Shown here piece after piece: positions 1-10,185 of a DNA stretch of 32,000 nt (the stretch's first letter is position 1; each line of letters begins with the position of its first letter). The notes below the pieces were generated by a model. The model did no database searches and was not told where the DNA came from. It saw nothing but the letters and a program-made list of their open reading frames with translations. Origin of the DNA: Prochlorococcus marinus str. NATL2A (GTDB lineage Bacteria > Cyanobacteriota > Cyanobacteriia > PCC-6307 > Cyanobiaceae); the NCBI RefSeq assembly GCF_000012465.1, contig NC_007335.2, positions 30,001-62,000 of the forward strand. The letters run 5' to 3'. Position numbers and translations under genes: made by a program.

Positions 1-180
1 GATGTTTTCTTGGGGTTTTGATTTTTTAGCCAAGTTATTTGTAATAGTTGGCTTGGAATAGATTGGAATAAGTTTTTATAATCTTGGATTTACTTCATTA
101 GAATTTCATTATCTATTAAACTAAATTAAAGTGACTATTTAAAATACATGGGCTAATGATAAGTTGAAAAATAGAGACTA

Positions 181-1110
181 TTAATTTATTTTTAGTTGTA
201 AGAAACAATTTTTTAACCCAGATTTAAAATCTGGATAAATTAGAGAATAGCCAAGTTTTTTACATAATAACTTGTTATCAACTTTTCTATTCTCCTGCCA
301 AAAAGATATTGCCATTGGACTCATTGTTTTTTGTGCGATTTCAAAAGGCACTCTTGATGGTAGAGACTTTTTGGCTATTTTCGCTGCAAAATTAATTACG
401 TCAAGATTATTGGCTGGCAAGTTATCAGCTACATTCACTATGGATGGAGTTTTCCCTTGAAAATAGAGATTAATTAAGAATAAGACAGATCCAGCAATAT
501 CATCGACATGAATTCTTGAAAAAACTTGACCTGGTTTATCGATCATTTTTGTTGTTCCATTTAACAGGCTTTCAAAAACAGATCTTCCAGGTCCATAAAT
601 TCCTGGCAATCTAAGGATTTGAATGGGAAGCTTTGTGTCTAACCATTGTTTTTCACAAGACAATCTACGAATACTTCTATCTTGCTGAGGGTTGGGAGGC
701 GTATTTTCATTGACCCAGTTCCCTTTTGAATCTCCGTATACACCAGTAGTAGATAAATAACCCACCCATTTTATCTTTTTTGAATTTAGTAATTGAGTTT
801 TAAGTTTAAGAAGTACAGGATCTTCTCCACTTAATAAAGGAGGTATGCAACTTAAGATATGTGTTGCTCCCTCCAAAATTTCATTAGACAATTCTTGATC
901 AGTATTAAATATAAAATCAGCTCCTTTGCTACCCTCTCTTCTCCTGCTGCATAAAACTTTTACTCCTAAATGCCTTCCTACACTCGCAATTCTTTGTCCA
1001 CTAAAGCCACCTCCAAATATGATTAATTTTGATTTAGGCGGTAGAGGCCTAGATCGCTTGACAATCTCTTGAATCATTAGTACAAATGTATTATGTTGAT
1101 TATTTAGCAA
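181..1110 (-). CDS. NAD(P)-binding Rossmann-fold protein (SDR/epimerase-like)
   Basis: Long ORF. N-terminal LIIFGGGFSGQRIA glycine-rich dinucleotide-binding motif. The true start may be the internal Met (MIQEIV...). Confidence 0.65.
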   Translation of the reverse strand: MLNNQHNTFVLMIQEIVKRSRPLPPKSKLIIFGGGFSGQRIASVGRHLGVKVLCSRRREGSKGADFIFNTDQELSNEILEGATHILSCIPPLLSGEDPVLLKLKTQLLNSKKIKWVGYLSTTGVYGDSKGNWVNENTPPNPQQDRSIRRLSCEKQWLDTKLPIQILRLPGIYGPGRSVFESLLNGTTKMIDKPGQVFSRIHVDDIAGSVLFLINLYFQGKTPSIVNVADNLPANNLDVINFAAKIAKKSLPSRVPFEIAQKTMSPMAISFWQENRKVDNKLLCKKLGYSLIYPDFKSGLKNCFLQLKIN

Positions 1111-1337
1111 TGGTTGCTTCCTATTTCAAGCCTAGTCTGAATTCCATTAATGGAGCTAGGAAATTAAGGAAAGATAAAAAAATATCTTTACAAGAGAAAA
1201 ATCAAAACCTTATAAAACCTTTACTTGCATCAATTTGCTTTCTTTTTTGCATTATTCTTGTCCCTGAAAAATCCTCCAATTTGGCTTCTATTTGTGAAAA
1301 ATATAATTCTTCTGTTGCTTGTCAAGTTTGGTAGTAA

Positions 1338-1748
1338 TTAAGCTGCTTGCCAATGATAATCGACATTGAATTTGGATTTTGATTTTTTAAAACTCTCAAT
1401 AGGTTTTGGCTGGGCCCATTTTAGAAGCCTTAGAGCCAAAAGTATGTCTCCTTCAGTCCATGCTTTTATTGCCATAGAGCGTCTTGGGTCGTAAAAACGT
1501 TGCTTTCTGTACCATTCAAAAGCATCATTATCTGTTTTGCTTCCATTACATGAGAGGCAGGCAGGCACACAATTTTCAGTGATGCTCAATCCACCTCTGC
1601 TTCTAGGTAAAACATGGTCAATAGATTCTGATGTTTTACCACAATAAATACAACTATTACCGGTAAATTCATGTAATGATTTTCTCCATCTTCGATTACG
1701 CAGCTTTGGACAGAGATCTTCTAAGAAAACCGCATCCCTATTGTGCAT
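1338..1748 (-). CDS. small HNH endonuclease
   Basis: CIYCG...DHVLPRSRGG...N...CLSCNGSK: Cys pairs plus the H-N-N/H pattern of an HNH zinc-finger nuclease. Confidence 0.8.
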   Translation of the reverse strand: MHNRDAVFLEDLCPKLRNRRWRKSLHEFTGNSCIYCGKTSESIDHVLPRSRGGLSITENCVPACLSCNGSKTDNDAFEWYRKQRFYDPRRSMAIKAWTEGDILLALRLLKWAQPKPIESFKKSKSKFNVDYHWQAA

Positions 1749-1899
1749 AAGTAGAAATTAGCTATTTGGATTCTGCCTTGATAGACCGATAAGTCAATGT
1801 ATCGGAAATAGCAATTTTAAATTTTATAAGATTTATTTTTTAATTGATTTAGAATTAGATCTAAAAATTTTATATTTATATAAATAAAACTAATAATAA

Positions 1900-2322
1900 T
1901 TAATAACTATAACGATCGACATATTTCCCCTTAGGAGTCTTCTCTGCACTATGGCTTGAAGAAGTTACTTCACTTGTTAAGTCTTTATCATTATTACCCC
2001 CTATAGAACTCGATTCACCCGTATACAGATCGCCTAAATAATTAATGCAATCTTCATATTTTGTAGGATTTTGAACTACTTCTTCAACAATTAAGGAAGC
2101 AGCTTGTTTTGGTGAAGTTTTGAATAAACCTTGTTTTTTATTTTTTATAAATTGATAGGCTGCTTCCCAGCTTGGCTCATGCGTGTTGCCCCCATTCCTC
2201 ATAAAGCAATATATATCTGCTCCATTTGTGACTGCTGCATTAATTCTTAATCCTAAAGTGCTGCCGCAGACTAAACAAATTATTGAAATTGGTAAGAGGT
2301 TTCGCTTTATCCCAAATGACAT
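1900..2322 (-). CDS. hypothetical exported or membrane-anchored protein
   Basis: 140-aa ORF with a hydrophobic N-terminal segment (LLPISIICLVCGSTLGL). No recognisable domain. Confidence 0.5.
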   Translation of the reverse strand: MSFGIKRNLLPISIICLVCGSTLGLRINAAVTNGADIYCFMRNGGNTHEPSWEAAYQFIKNKKQGLFKTSPKQAASLIVEEVVQNPTKYEDCINYLGDLYTGESSSIGGNNDKDLTSEVTSSSHSAEKTPKGKYVDRYSY

Positions 2323-2519
2323 GATTTTAAGAGGATTATCAAATTTAAATTATCTATTTTTCTTGCTTCTGTCTAGCGTTAGTTAGTATTAGTTTTTTTG
2401 TTTATTTTGCTTCATCTTTGCAATATAAAATATTGAACTCAATTTTTTACTTTTGATCTTGATTTTTTTACATGACCTTAATATCTATTTTTTGATATAG
2501 TGACTTAACAATATTTTTT

Positions 2520-2726
2520 GTGTTTACAAAAATAATAATGAATACAGTTCAAGTGAAAAAACAGGCATTTTTAAAAGAGGCTTGCTTTTTCTTTAAGAAT
2601 GCATCTGTGTATGCGGAGGAAGGAGATTTGCAATCATGTGCTGGCTTGATTTTGAAAGCACTTGATAAGGAGAGAAGAGCTGGTGGGGTGGGACCTCAAG
2701 TGCTTCATCTAATTAAAACAATATAG
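2520..2726 (+). CDS. small hypothetical protein (start probably ATG at 2538)
   Basis: The only ORF in an otherwise empty 430-nt gap. In-frame ATG at 2538 (MNTVQVKK...). No domain recognised. Confidence 0.35.
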   Translation: MFTKIIMNTVQVKKQAFLKEACFFFKNASVYAEEGDLQSCAGLILKALDKERRAGGVGPQVLHLIKTI

Positions 2727-2749
2727 TTATTTTGTTGAGCGCTTAAATA

Positions 2750-3904
2750 TTATTCGTTATTTAGTACTGAAATTGTTTTTGCAATTCCTTGGCCAGTGGG
2801 GACGTTTAGTTTGCCCATTTTATCAAGAGTGCTTTCTAAAGCTGATATGACACTAATAATGTCTCTATTATTGACAAATCCTAAATGTCCTATTCTAAAG
2901 ATTTTTCCTTTTAAATGATCTTGACCTCCAGCAAGGAGTATGTCGAAGTCATTTTTTATTGCCTTTCTTATACTTTCAGCGTCAATATTTTCAGGCTTAA
3001 CAGCTGTTATTGCTGGACTTCCAAAATTTTCTTTTGTAAATAAATTCAAACCCATCGCTTTTATTCCTTCTTGCGTTGCTTTTTGATGACGAGCATGGCG
3101 GGCAAATATATTATTTAACCCTTCTTTTTGCATCATTGTTAGTGAAGCTTCTAAAGCAAAGTATAAATTTATTGCAGGTGTAAAAGGATTGCTATTTTGA
3201 TTAACTGTCTTTAAATATTGTTTTAGATCTAAGTAAAACTTAGGTAAATTTGATTGATTATTTGCTTCCCATGCTCTTTTGCTCATAGCAACAAAACTCA
3301 GGCCAGGTGGAATCATATAACCTTTTTGAGAGCCTGAAGCTATTACATCGATTCCCCATTCATCCATTGGGATGTTACATGCACCAAGACTTGTTACACA
3401 ATCCGCAATTGTAATGGCTTTACTATGATTTTTTACTTCGTTATTAATCGATTTAAGATCATTAATCACTCCTGTTGAAGTTTCTGAATGAGTTAAAATA
3501 ACTGCTTTAATTTTTTCATTGGTGTCTTCTTCAAGAATCCTCTTAAATTGATTTGGATCAAGAGGGGTTCCCCAATCAGCTTTTACAACTTTTACATCTA
3601 ATCCGTATGCCCTTGCTACTTTTACCCATCTTTCACCAAATTTTCCATTATCGCCGCAAATGACTTGATCACCTTTGCTTAATGTATTAATTATTCCTGC
3701 CTCCATTGCAGCTGTCCCACTTCCTGTAATTGTTAGGACGTCTGCAGTTGTTTGGTGAAGCCATTTGAGTTGTTCAGTTGTTTTTTGAACAATTTTTTGA
3801 AAATCTCCACTTCTATGACCAATGGGGTGTTTACTCATAGAACTCAAAACATTTTCTGGGACCGGTGTTGGTCCAGGAATCATTAAATTGAGTTTGTCCT
3901 GCAT
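2750..3904 (-). CDS. class V PLP aminotransferase (serine-pyruvate / alanine-glyoxylate type)
   Basis: 384 aa. MIPGPTPVP N-terminus and SGSQKGYMIPPGLSF PLP-lysine motif typical of this class. Confidence 0.85.
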   Translation of the reverse strand: MQDKLNLMIPGPTPVPENVLSSMSKHPIGHRSGDFQKIVQKTTEQLKWLHQTTADVLTITGSGTAAMEAGIINTLSKGDQVICGDNGKFGERWVKVARAYGLDVKVVKADWGTPLDPNQFKRILEEDTNEKIKAVILTHSETSTGVINDLKSINNEVKNHSKAITIADCVTSLGACNIPMDEWGIDVIASGSQKGYMIPPGLSFVAMSKRAWEANNQSNLPKFYLDLKQYLKTVNQNSNPFTPAINLYFALEASLTMMQKEGLNNIFARHARHQKATQEGIKAMGLNLFTKENFGSPAITAVKPENIDAESIRKAIKNDFDILLAGGQDHLKGKIFRIGHLGFVNNRDIISVISALESTLDKMGKLNVPTGQGIAKTISVLNNE

Positions 3905-3983
3905 TTACTTATTCAAATCTAGATTAGTATTATTTTAAAAAATTATTTAGGTAATATCCTTTATCGTCAGCTCTTCCAATGAT

Positions 3984-5129
3984 TTGAATCAATTTACTCT
4001 TCCCGTTTGGGTGGTTGCTGCTGCAAAGTCAGCAACAAATATTCTTATTGGCAATAAATTTAGGGATAAAGAGAGAATTGATTTACCAAATAACGAAAAA
4101 TCGATTTCGGTACCTATTTCTTCTTCTGCTTTACTTGATAACGGTAAAAGATCTTTAGCAGTCAGTCATTGTCAGTCTGGATTGCCTCTTGACATAACAA
4201 GAGGAGTAGAAATCTGGGCTTATATTCAATTAAGTAAAGGAGGTTTTCAATCTAAAGGGAAAGTTCGTAATGGTTTTCCTGATTGGCTTGATTTTCATGC
4301 CGGTTATGGAGTAGGTAAATTTCAATCATCTGGTCAGCCATGTATCTCTCAGTTTGCGCGTGACTTGCTATGTATTAACCTTTACCCTCTTTTACCCAAA
4401 GGTAGTTCAATTAAAGTTGAGATTATTTTACCTGAAGGGAAAGATCGTGCATCAAAGACAAGTAATGAAGCCTTTGGAGTTGTAGATGGATTGTCACTCA
4501 TTGGGACCCAGGCTGAGGTTCAAATTAGTGCTTCTCCAGATCAGTTGAAAAACACTAAAGAGCTTTTGCACCACAAATGCTCTGAAGCAAAATTTGATGG
4601 ATGTTTGACTTTTGTGATTGGTGAAAATGGAATGGATTTAGCGATGAAATATGGCCTTCCAGCTAATCAAATTATTAAAACCGGGAATTGGTTAGGTCCT
4701 CTTCTGGTTGCTGCTGCAGAAAATGGAGTCAAGAAACTTTTATTATTTGGATATCATGGAAAACTCATAAAACTTTCTGGCGGCGTTTTTCATACACATC
4801 ATCATCTTGCCGATGGAAGGATTGAAATACTCACTTCAATTGCATTCAGAGAGGGAATCTCATTTGATTTGATTGAGTTAATAAGTAAATCAACATCGGT
4901 GGAAAATGCTTTATTAACGCTTGAAGTAAGTAACCCAGAGGCTGTGTCTTTGATATGGAGCAGGATGGCTAAAGAAATTGAAATTAAAAGCAGAAGCTAT
5001 GTGAATAGATATTTGTCTTCATCAATGGAAATAGGATCTGTTTTATTTGATCGTAAAAGACAAATGCGTTGGGCTGGTCTTGAGGGTTTAAAACAGATTA
5101 ATTCTTTGGGGTTAATTCTTAAGCGATAG
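3984..5129 (+). CDS. cbiD: cobalt-precorrin-5B C1-methyltransferase
   Basis: 381 aa, TTG start. LPVWVVAAAKSA N-terminus, GVVDGLSLIGT and GGVFHTHH segments resemble CbiD. Sits next to guaA as in marine picocyanobacteria. Confidence 0.7.
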   Translation: MNQFTLPVWVVAAAKSATNILIGNKFRDKERIDLPNNEKSISVPISSSALLDNGKRSLAVSHCQSGLPLDITRGVEIWAYIQLSKGGFQSKGKVRNGFPDWLDFHAGYGVGKFQSSGQPCISQFARDLLCINLYPLLPKGSSIKVEIILPEGKDRASKTSNEAFGVVDGLSLIGTQAEVQISASPDQLKNTKELLHHKCSEAKFDGCLTFVIGENGMDLAMKYGLPANQIIKTGNWLGPLLVAAAENGVKKLLLFGYHGKLIKLSGGVFHTHHHLADGRIEILTSIAFREGISFDLIELISKSTSVENALLTLEVSNPEAVSLIWSRMAKEIEIKSRSYVNRYLSSSMEIGSVLFDRKRQMRWAGLEGLKQINSLGLILKR

Positions 5130-5195
5130 GCATATTTCTATTCTCTTAATTAGTCTATTTGATAAGAATGTTTTATAAGGATTCATCAGGTTGAT

Positions 5196-6782
5196 ATGGC
5201 TTCAATGATTTCAGCTGAAAAACGTAATCCAGCAATCGTAATTCTCGATTTTGGTTCTCAATATTCAGAATTAATTGCTCGAAGGATTAGAGAGACAGAG
5301 GTTTACTCATTAGTTATGAGTTACACAACATCTGCTGACCAATTACGTTCACTTAAGCCTAAGGGAATTATTTTAAGCGGAGGTCCTGGATCTGTTTATG
5401 AAGAAGGTGCTCCATATTGTGACCCAGAGATTTTTAATTTAGGAATTCCTGTTCTTGGTGTTTGTTATGGAATGCAATTAATGGTTCATGAGCTAGGAGG
5501 ATCTGTAAAACCTGCTGCTGGGAAAGCCGAATATGGAAAGGCTCCTTTAGAAGTTGATGATCCAACAGCGTTATTAACGAATGTTATTAGTGGTTCAACG
5601 ATGTGGATGAGTCATGGTGATTCAGTTCAGAAATTACCCAAAGGATTTGTCAGATTAGCTCATACTTCGAATACTTTAGAGGCTGCTATTGCTTTGCATG
5701 ATAAGAGCTTTTATGGAGTGCAATTTCATCCCGAAGTTGTTCATTCCACTCATGGAATGGTTGTAATAAGAAATTTTGTCTATGATATTTGCTCTTGTGA
5801 GCCGGATTGGACAACAAATTTATTTATAGATGAAGCTGTTTCTCAAGTACAACAACATGTAGGCGATAAAAAAGTTTTATTGGCTCTATCTGGTGGTGTT
5901 GATTCATCAACTCTTGCATTTTTGTTAAACAAAGCAATAGGACCTCAATTGACGTGCATGTTTATTGATCAAGGTTTTATGAGAAAAGGTGAGCCAGAAT
6001 TTTTAATGTCTTTTTTTGATGAAAAGTTCAAGATTAATGTTGAATACATCAATGCCAGAGAAAGATTTATTTCACAATTAAAAGGAGTAACTGATCCTGA
6101 GCAAAAGCGTAAAATTATAGGTAGAGAATTCATTCGGGTTTTTGAAGAAGAGAGTCTTCGATTAGGCCCTTTTGATTACTTGGCTCAAGGTACGCTTTAT
6201 CCAGATGTAATTGAAAGTTCTGGAACAAATATTGATCCAAAAACTGGCGAACGAATAGCGGTTAAAATTAAAAGTCATCATAATGTAGGAGGGTTGCCAA
6301 AAGATTTGCAATTTAAATTGGTAGAGCCTTTGAGACGTTTATTCAAAGATGAAGTCAGAAAAGTTGGTAAATCACTGGGATTGCCAGATGAGATTGTTCG
6401 AAGACATCCATTTCCAGGTCCAGGATTGGCTATAAGAATTTTAGGAGAGGTTACTCATGAGAAACTAAATTGTTTAAGAGACGCAGATTTAATTGTCAGA
6501 GAGGAAATTAATAATGCTGGCTTGTATAACAAAATTTGGCAGGCTTTCGCAGTTTTATTGCCTGTGTATTCAGTCGGAGTAATGGGAGATCAAAGAACTT
6601 ATGCTTGGCCAATTGTTGTTCGTTGTGTTTCTAGTGAGGATGGGATGACTGCTGATTGGTCGCGTTTGCCGTATGCAGTTTTAGAGAAAATTTCTAACCG
6701 GATAGTTAACGAAGTAGAGGGAGTCAATAGAGTTGTTTTAGATATAACAAGTAAACCCCCTGGAACTATTGAGTGGGAATAG
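5196..6782 (+). CDS. guaA: GMP synthase (glutamine-hydrolysing)
   Basis: GATase GVCYGMQ and HPEV motifs, ATP-PPase SGGVDSS loop, canonical C-terminus PPGTIEWE. Confidence 0.97.
   Translation: MASMISAEKRNPAIVILDFGSQYSELIARRIRETEVYSLVMSYTTSADQLRSLKPKGIILSGGPGSVYEEGAPYCDPEIFNLGIPVLGVCYGMQLMVHELGGSVKPAAGKAEYGKAPLEVDDPTALLTNVISGSTMWMSHGDSVQKLPKGFVRLAHTSNTLEAAIALHDKSFYGVQFHPEVVHSTHGMVVIRNFVYDICSCEPDWTTNLFIDEAVSQVQQHVGDKKVLLALSGGVDSSTLAFLLNKAIGPQLTCMFIDQGFMRKGEPEFLMSFFDEKFKINVEYINARERFISQLKGVTDPEQKRKIIGREFIRVFEEESLRLGPFDYLAQGTLYPDVIESSGTNIDPKTGERIAVKIKSHHNVGGLPKDLQFKLVEPLRRLFKDEVRKVGKSLGLPDEIVRRHPFPGPGLAIRILGEVTHEKLNCLRDADLIVREEINNAGLYNKIWQAFAVLLPVYSVGVMGDQRTYAWPIVVRCVSSEDGMTADWSRLPYAVLEKISNRIVNEVEGVNRVVLDITSKPPGTIEWE
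6762..6782 (+). repeat. att core copy 1 (native 3' end of guaA, GGAACTATTGAGTGGGAATAG)
   Basis: Last 6 codons plus the stop of guaA. Repeated at 9220, 10186 (decayed) and 12032. Confidence 0.8.
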
Positions 6783-6803
6783 TTCAGGGTAGTAAAACGT
6801 AGT

Positions 6804-6826
6804 CCACCACTCAAAAAGGTGGTTTT
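6804..6826 (+). terminator. putative guaA terminator hairpin
   Basis: CCACC-actcaaaaa-GGTGG followed by TTTT. The stem is only 5 bp. Confidence 0.45.
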
Positions 6827-6842
6827 GTGTGGGTTTTGTTTG
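6821..6842 (+). repeat. tandem 11-mers GGTTTTGTGTG GGTTTTGTTTG, 38 nt after att copy 1
   Basis: Read directly; 9/11 identical. Followed by GTCACCTT GTCACCTT (6842-6857). Confidence 0.7.
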
Positions 6843-6861
6843 TCACCTTGTCACCTTCTCT
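6839..6861 (+). repeat. inverted repeat, left arm (TTTGTCACCTTGTCACCTTCTCT)
   Basis: Its reverse complement matches 9031-9053 at 22/23 positions. Confidence 0.8.
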
Positions 6862-6870
6862 GTAAAGACA

Positions 6871-6924
6871 TCGTAGATAGTTCATTTTCTCTACACCTGA
6901 ACCGTAGAGAACTTGTAGAGAAAA
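6871..6924. repeat. island palindrome cluster (TCGTAGA..TTCTCTAC-n9-GTAGAGAA-n3-GTAGAGAA)
   Basis: TTCTCTAC at 6887-6894 is the reverse complement of GTAGAGAA at 6904-6911. A second GTAGAGAA lies at 6915-6922. Confidence 0.7.
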
Positions 6925-7102
6925 CGTTGGAGAAAAAGTATTTATTTTGAAATAACTATTTTGCGAGATATGTTACTAAATTGACTACTTTTATAAGACG
7001 ACTTCTTACTCCTTTTTCAGGACTTCATCTTGTCCTCCTTTGAAATGTCAGGTTGATATAAAACAAAAGTTTATTTCTGCTCTATTCAACTATGACATAT
7101 TT

Positions 7103-7136
7103 ACGTAGAGAAATCGTAGAAAGGTATTGTTCTCTG
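7103..7136. repeat. island motif copy (ACGTAGAGAAATCGTAGAAAGG..TTCTCTG)
   Basis: The 16-mer GAGAAATCGTAGAAAG (7108-7123) is identical to 10349-10364. Confidence 0.7.
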
Positions 7137-7168
7137 AAAGATTAAATATTTTTATTCTGTGGAAATTG

Positions 7169-8911
7169 TCAATTCTCCGTTTTAGAAACCCAGAACTGAT
7201 ACATACTTAAGAAGGTCGTGGGATGTTTTTCTTCAAACTTTGCCCAGTTTTGTAAGTTTGTTTGCTTCCTATCTTCTGGGAAATAGTCTTCATATTTAGA
7301 TTTAATTGGTTTTGGAAGTAAGAATCCAAGAAAATTTAATTTATTTGATGTGAGAGTTTCTTGTAGTTGGTTAATGGTGAATCTATGTTCTTGCGTGTGA
7401 ACGCAAAGATCTCGGAATTCCGATAACGAATAGAAGTCAGAAATTGTTTTTAATGAGTTTAAATAGTTTAATTTACTCCCAATAACCTCTTGTCTAAAAT
7501 TACGAATATTTTCTTCGTTCGATTGAATTTTTTTATTGATAAAATAATTCCTTGCCTTAACAATATCTTTTCTTCCTAGTTCACTATATAAACCCAATTT
7601 AAGAAAACCATTATTTTTTAAAACCTTAAATAACATTCTCAAACCTTCTGAGGGATTATCCATATGGTGTAAAACTCCTGAACATAAAATAATATCAAAT
7701 TCTTCCTCTAGTAAATTAACTTTTAAGATATCCATTTGAATTAGTTCAACATTATTAATTCCAAGTTCATTCATCTTTCTTTTAGCATAAGAAATACTAG
7801 ATAAACTTATATCAATAGCAGTTATTTTAGAATTCTCATACTTCTGTGCTTCTAATATTTGCTTACCTGTTCCACATCCAGCAATCAGAACTTTTAATTG
7901 CCCATCTTGTAAAGTTTGATTTATATAATTAGGTTTGATGTCATTATTGATTTGACTGGTAAAAGATATTTTTAGACTTTTTGAATAATTTGCATATCTC
8001 CATCTAGGAAATGGATTTTCTTCATACTGAACTTTTACTTTTTGAGATATATTATCGTTTATAGTTCCTAACTTTTTGATATCATTAGATAATTCAATTT
8101 CTTGGATAGGTTCTTTTATTTGTAATTCTATCAGTTCTTTAAAACTTTTATTAGAAGAATTAATAAATTTTAAAGATGGAATCTGATCAAGAAGTTTATA
8201 TAGTGGAAAATAACAAGATAAAATCGAAATATTTATTTCACTTAATTGACCATCTCTACATCTTTCTATGATTGTATTAAGACACATATTTTCTTCTTCA
8301 GTAGATGAATAAACATAGTCGTTCAAGAAGCATTGCTCTCCTAATGCAGTAATGAATTGTAATTCTAAGTAATTAATAGTCTCTATATTACGAGAGATAT
8401 AATCGCACATATTTCTTCTTACTTTGGTTAGCAGTTTCTCCAGTTCAAGATTACAGAAGATTATCTTTTTAAATGCATTAATAATAACTTTATCATTGAG
8501 AAGTAATTTTATTTTTGAAAAATCTGAATCTAATTTTTGTAGAATACTGATTATTTCACCACTATATAAAAAATTAAATACATTTGCTAATTCTTTATGA
8601 GGCACATCATTTCTTTCTAGTAGAATATTTAATATATTTTTTAAGTTTGATTTGCTTAAATGAGATAGATCTGAATCTCTTAAAAGTCTTGTGATTAAGA
8701 TGTAATTCTTAGAATTTGTTGGATTGGTCTGAATTGCTTTTAAATAAGAATCAAATGCTTTATGAATTCTTTGCTCCTTAAAGGGTTTGGAAGCAGTATT
8801 TGTATTAATAGTGATATTTTCTTTGATTACTTCCAAAGTAAATGGAACTGGGAATGTAATGACTTCATAGACTTTCTTCTTTCTTTCTTCTTTTGGATTA
8901 GGTCTATCCAT
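7169..8911 (-). CDS. class I SAM-dependent methyltransferase with long helical N-terminal region (YEENPFPRW family)
   Basis: VLIAGCGTGKQ motif I, ..DIILCSGVLHH.. and YEENPFPRW. The first ~52 aa are homologous to the 10568-11776 product. Confidence 0.85.
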   Translation of the reverse strand: MDRPNPKEERKKKVYEVITFPVPFTLEVIKENITINTNTASKPFKEQRIHKAFDSYLKAIQTNPTNSKNYILITRLLRDSDLSHLSKSNLKNILNILLERNDVPHKELANVFNFLYSGEIISILQKLDSDFSKIKLLLNDKVIINAFKKIIFCNLELEKLLTKVRRNMCDYISRNIETINYLELQFITALGEQCFLNDYVYSSTEEENMCLNTIIERCRDGQLSEINISILSCYFPLYKLLDQIPSLKFINSSNKSFKELIELQIKEPIQEIELSNDIKKLGTINDNISQKVKVQYEENPFPRWRYANYSKSLKISFTSQINNDIKPNYINQTLQDGQLKVLIAGCGTGKQILEAQKYENSKITAIDISLSSISYAKRKMNELGINNVELIQMDILKVNLLEEEFDIILCSGVLHHMDNPSEGLRMLFKVLKNNGFLKLGLYSELGRKDIVKARNYFINKKIQSNEENIRNFRQEVIGSKLNYLNSLKTISDFYSLSEFRDLCVHTQEHRFTINQLQETLTSNKLNFLGFLLPKPIKSKYEDYFPEDRKQTNLQNWAKFEEKHPTTFLSMYQFWVSKTEN

Positions 8912-9030
8912 CTTCTCTTGTTTTTGCTCTCTTTTAGTTCTTACAAGTTTACTATTAATTCTTTCTTAAACTAGTTACTACTTACAGAGCGAGAATAAAA
9001 AGTAGGTCTATATATTATTTTTGTACCTAA

Positions 9031-9053
9031 AGAGCAGGTGACAAGGTGACAAA
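9031..9053 (-). repeat. inverted repeat, right arm
   Basis: AGAGCAGGTGACAAGGTGACAAA; 22/23 match to the reverse complement of 6839-6861. Confidence 0.8.
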
Positions 9054-9072
9054 ATGTAAGGTGGTGACAAGA

Positions 9073-9104
9073 AATCGTAGAGAAATACTCTACTAATTCT
9101 CTAC
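9073..9104. repeat. island palindrome copy (AATCGTAGAGAA-n12-TTCTCTAC)
   Basis: Perfect 8-bp arms: GTAGAGAA at 9077-9084 and TTCTCTAC at 9097-9104. Confidence 0.75.
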
Positions 9105-9150
9105 ATTTTATCGTTCCACACCAAAAAAACTAAAAAGTAATGGCATTTTC

Positions 9151-9172
9151 ACTTCCACACCACTTCCACACC
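9151..9172 (+). repeat. perfect tandem 11-mers ACTTCCACACC x2, 47 nt before att copy 2
   Basis: Read directly. A third TTCCACACC lies at 9114-9122. The reverse complement contains GTGTGG, as do the 6821 repeats. Confidence 0.8.
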
Positions 9173-9219
9173 GTATAATAAGGGGTGAAATCCGAGTCCA
9201 CCACTCAATTTTTTCCACA

Positions 9220-9240
9220 GGTGCTATTGAGTGGGAATAA
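9220..9240 (+). repeat. att core copy 2 (GGTGCTATTGAGTGGGAATAA)
   Basis: 18/21 identical to the guaA end, same orientation. Preceded by CCACTCAAT (9201-9209), which is the reverse complement of its ATTGAGTGG. Confidence 0.8.
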
Positions 9241-9260
9241 ATAATATTTAATATCTAATA

Positions 9261-10111
9261 ATGTCATCATTAGAGTTACAATTAGGTAGAGAATATAAGA
9301 GAAGAGAATTACATAATTTTTCTAGTGGGCAAAGGTAAGGAGGAATTTCTACTCCTCAGAAATATCCTTATATTTTAATAATTACTTCTAAGCGTGGACA
9401 AGAGCATGGATATGTTGATCGTTGGGTAGAAAATAATAATTTTTTCCTATACACAGGTGAAGGGCAAAGAGGTGATATGGAGTTTAAAGGAGGCAATAAA
9501 GCAATCAAATATCATAGACAAAATGATAAAAAAATATTTTTATTTCAGGAAACGAAAAAACCTTTATTGCATTAAAAGCAGAACTTAATTTTATTGATTA
9601 TAAGTATATTCAAGCTCCTGATACGGAAGGGAAGAATAGAAGAGCAATTCAATTTAGACTTCAATCCGTAAACGCAGAACCAGAAAGGGAAGTGGAACCC
9701 ATTTCAATTACGAAACTACATCTGAAACCTGATAAAACTGAAAGACAAGGTTTAGTAATTAGTAGAGTAGGGCAAGGATATTACAGGCAAGAACTTATTA
9801 AAAAATTTAATGGTAGATGTGCTGTCACATCGATAGATAGAGAGCAGATTTTGATTGCAAGTCATATAGTTCCATGGCGACTATCAACTGATGAGGAAAG
9901 ATTAGATGTAGAGAATGGGATTTTACTCTCTCCTCTTTATGACGCACTTTTTGATAAGCATCTAATTAGTTTTAATGATGATGGCGAAATTTTAATTGCT
10001 AATAGCATTAAAGATGACAACTTAAAAACTAATATTCGTCCAAATGCGAAGATTATAGTTACTGAAGGAATGAAGAAATATCTGTATCGTCATCGACTTT
10101 TGTTGAGATAA
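9261..10111 (+). pseudogene. disrupted SRA/PUA-like + HNH nuclease (type IV restriction-like)
   Basis: The reading frame from ATG 9261 has an in-frame TAA at 9336-9338 (GQR*GGIS). A -1 frame change at the A6 run (9555-9560) joins it to the 9692-10111 ORF. C-terminus: GQGYYRQELIKKFNGRCAVT...ASHIVPW...NGILLSPLYDALFD (HNH_2-like). N-terminus: FFLYTGEGQRGDMEFKGGNKAI (SRA-like). Confidence 0.7.
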
Positions 10112-10116
10112 AAGAG

Positions 10117-10138
10117 GTTACACGTATGTTATACGTGA
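10117..10138 (+). repeat. tandem 11-mers GTTACACGTAT GTTATACGTGA, 47 nt before the decayed att copy
   Basis: 8/11 identical. Also forms the CACGTAT-gtt-ATACGTG palindrome just after the HNH stop codon. Confidence 0.6.
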
Positions 10139-10185
10139 GAAAACTTTCCTTGAGACACTAGTTCACTACTCGATTATTTTTTGCT

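Noticed and set aside
1086-1334. 82-aa ORF between the SDR-like and HNH genes (possible 74-aa membrane peptide from ATG 1110)
   Set aside because: Its start overlaps the divergent SDR gene start, there is no recognisable domain, and it has AT-rich low-complexity composition. It could be real, but the sequence alone does not support it.
6818-6952. 44-codon Cys-rich ORF (VVLCGFCLSPCHLLCKD...) reading through the repeat region after guaA
   Set aside because: GTG start with no clear RBS. The peptide is generated by the DNA repeats themselves. The homologous repeat regions at 10244 and 11964 do not keep an ORF.
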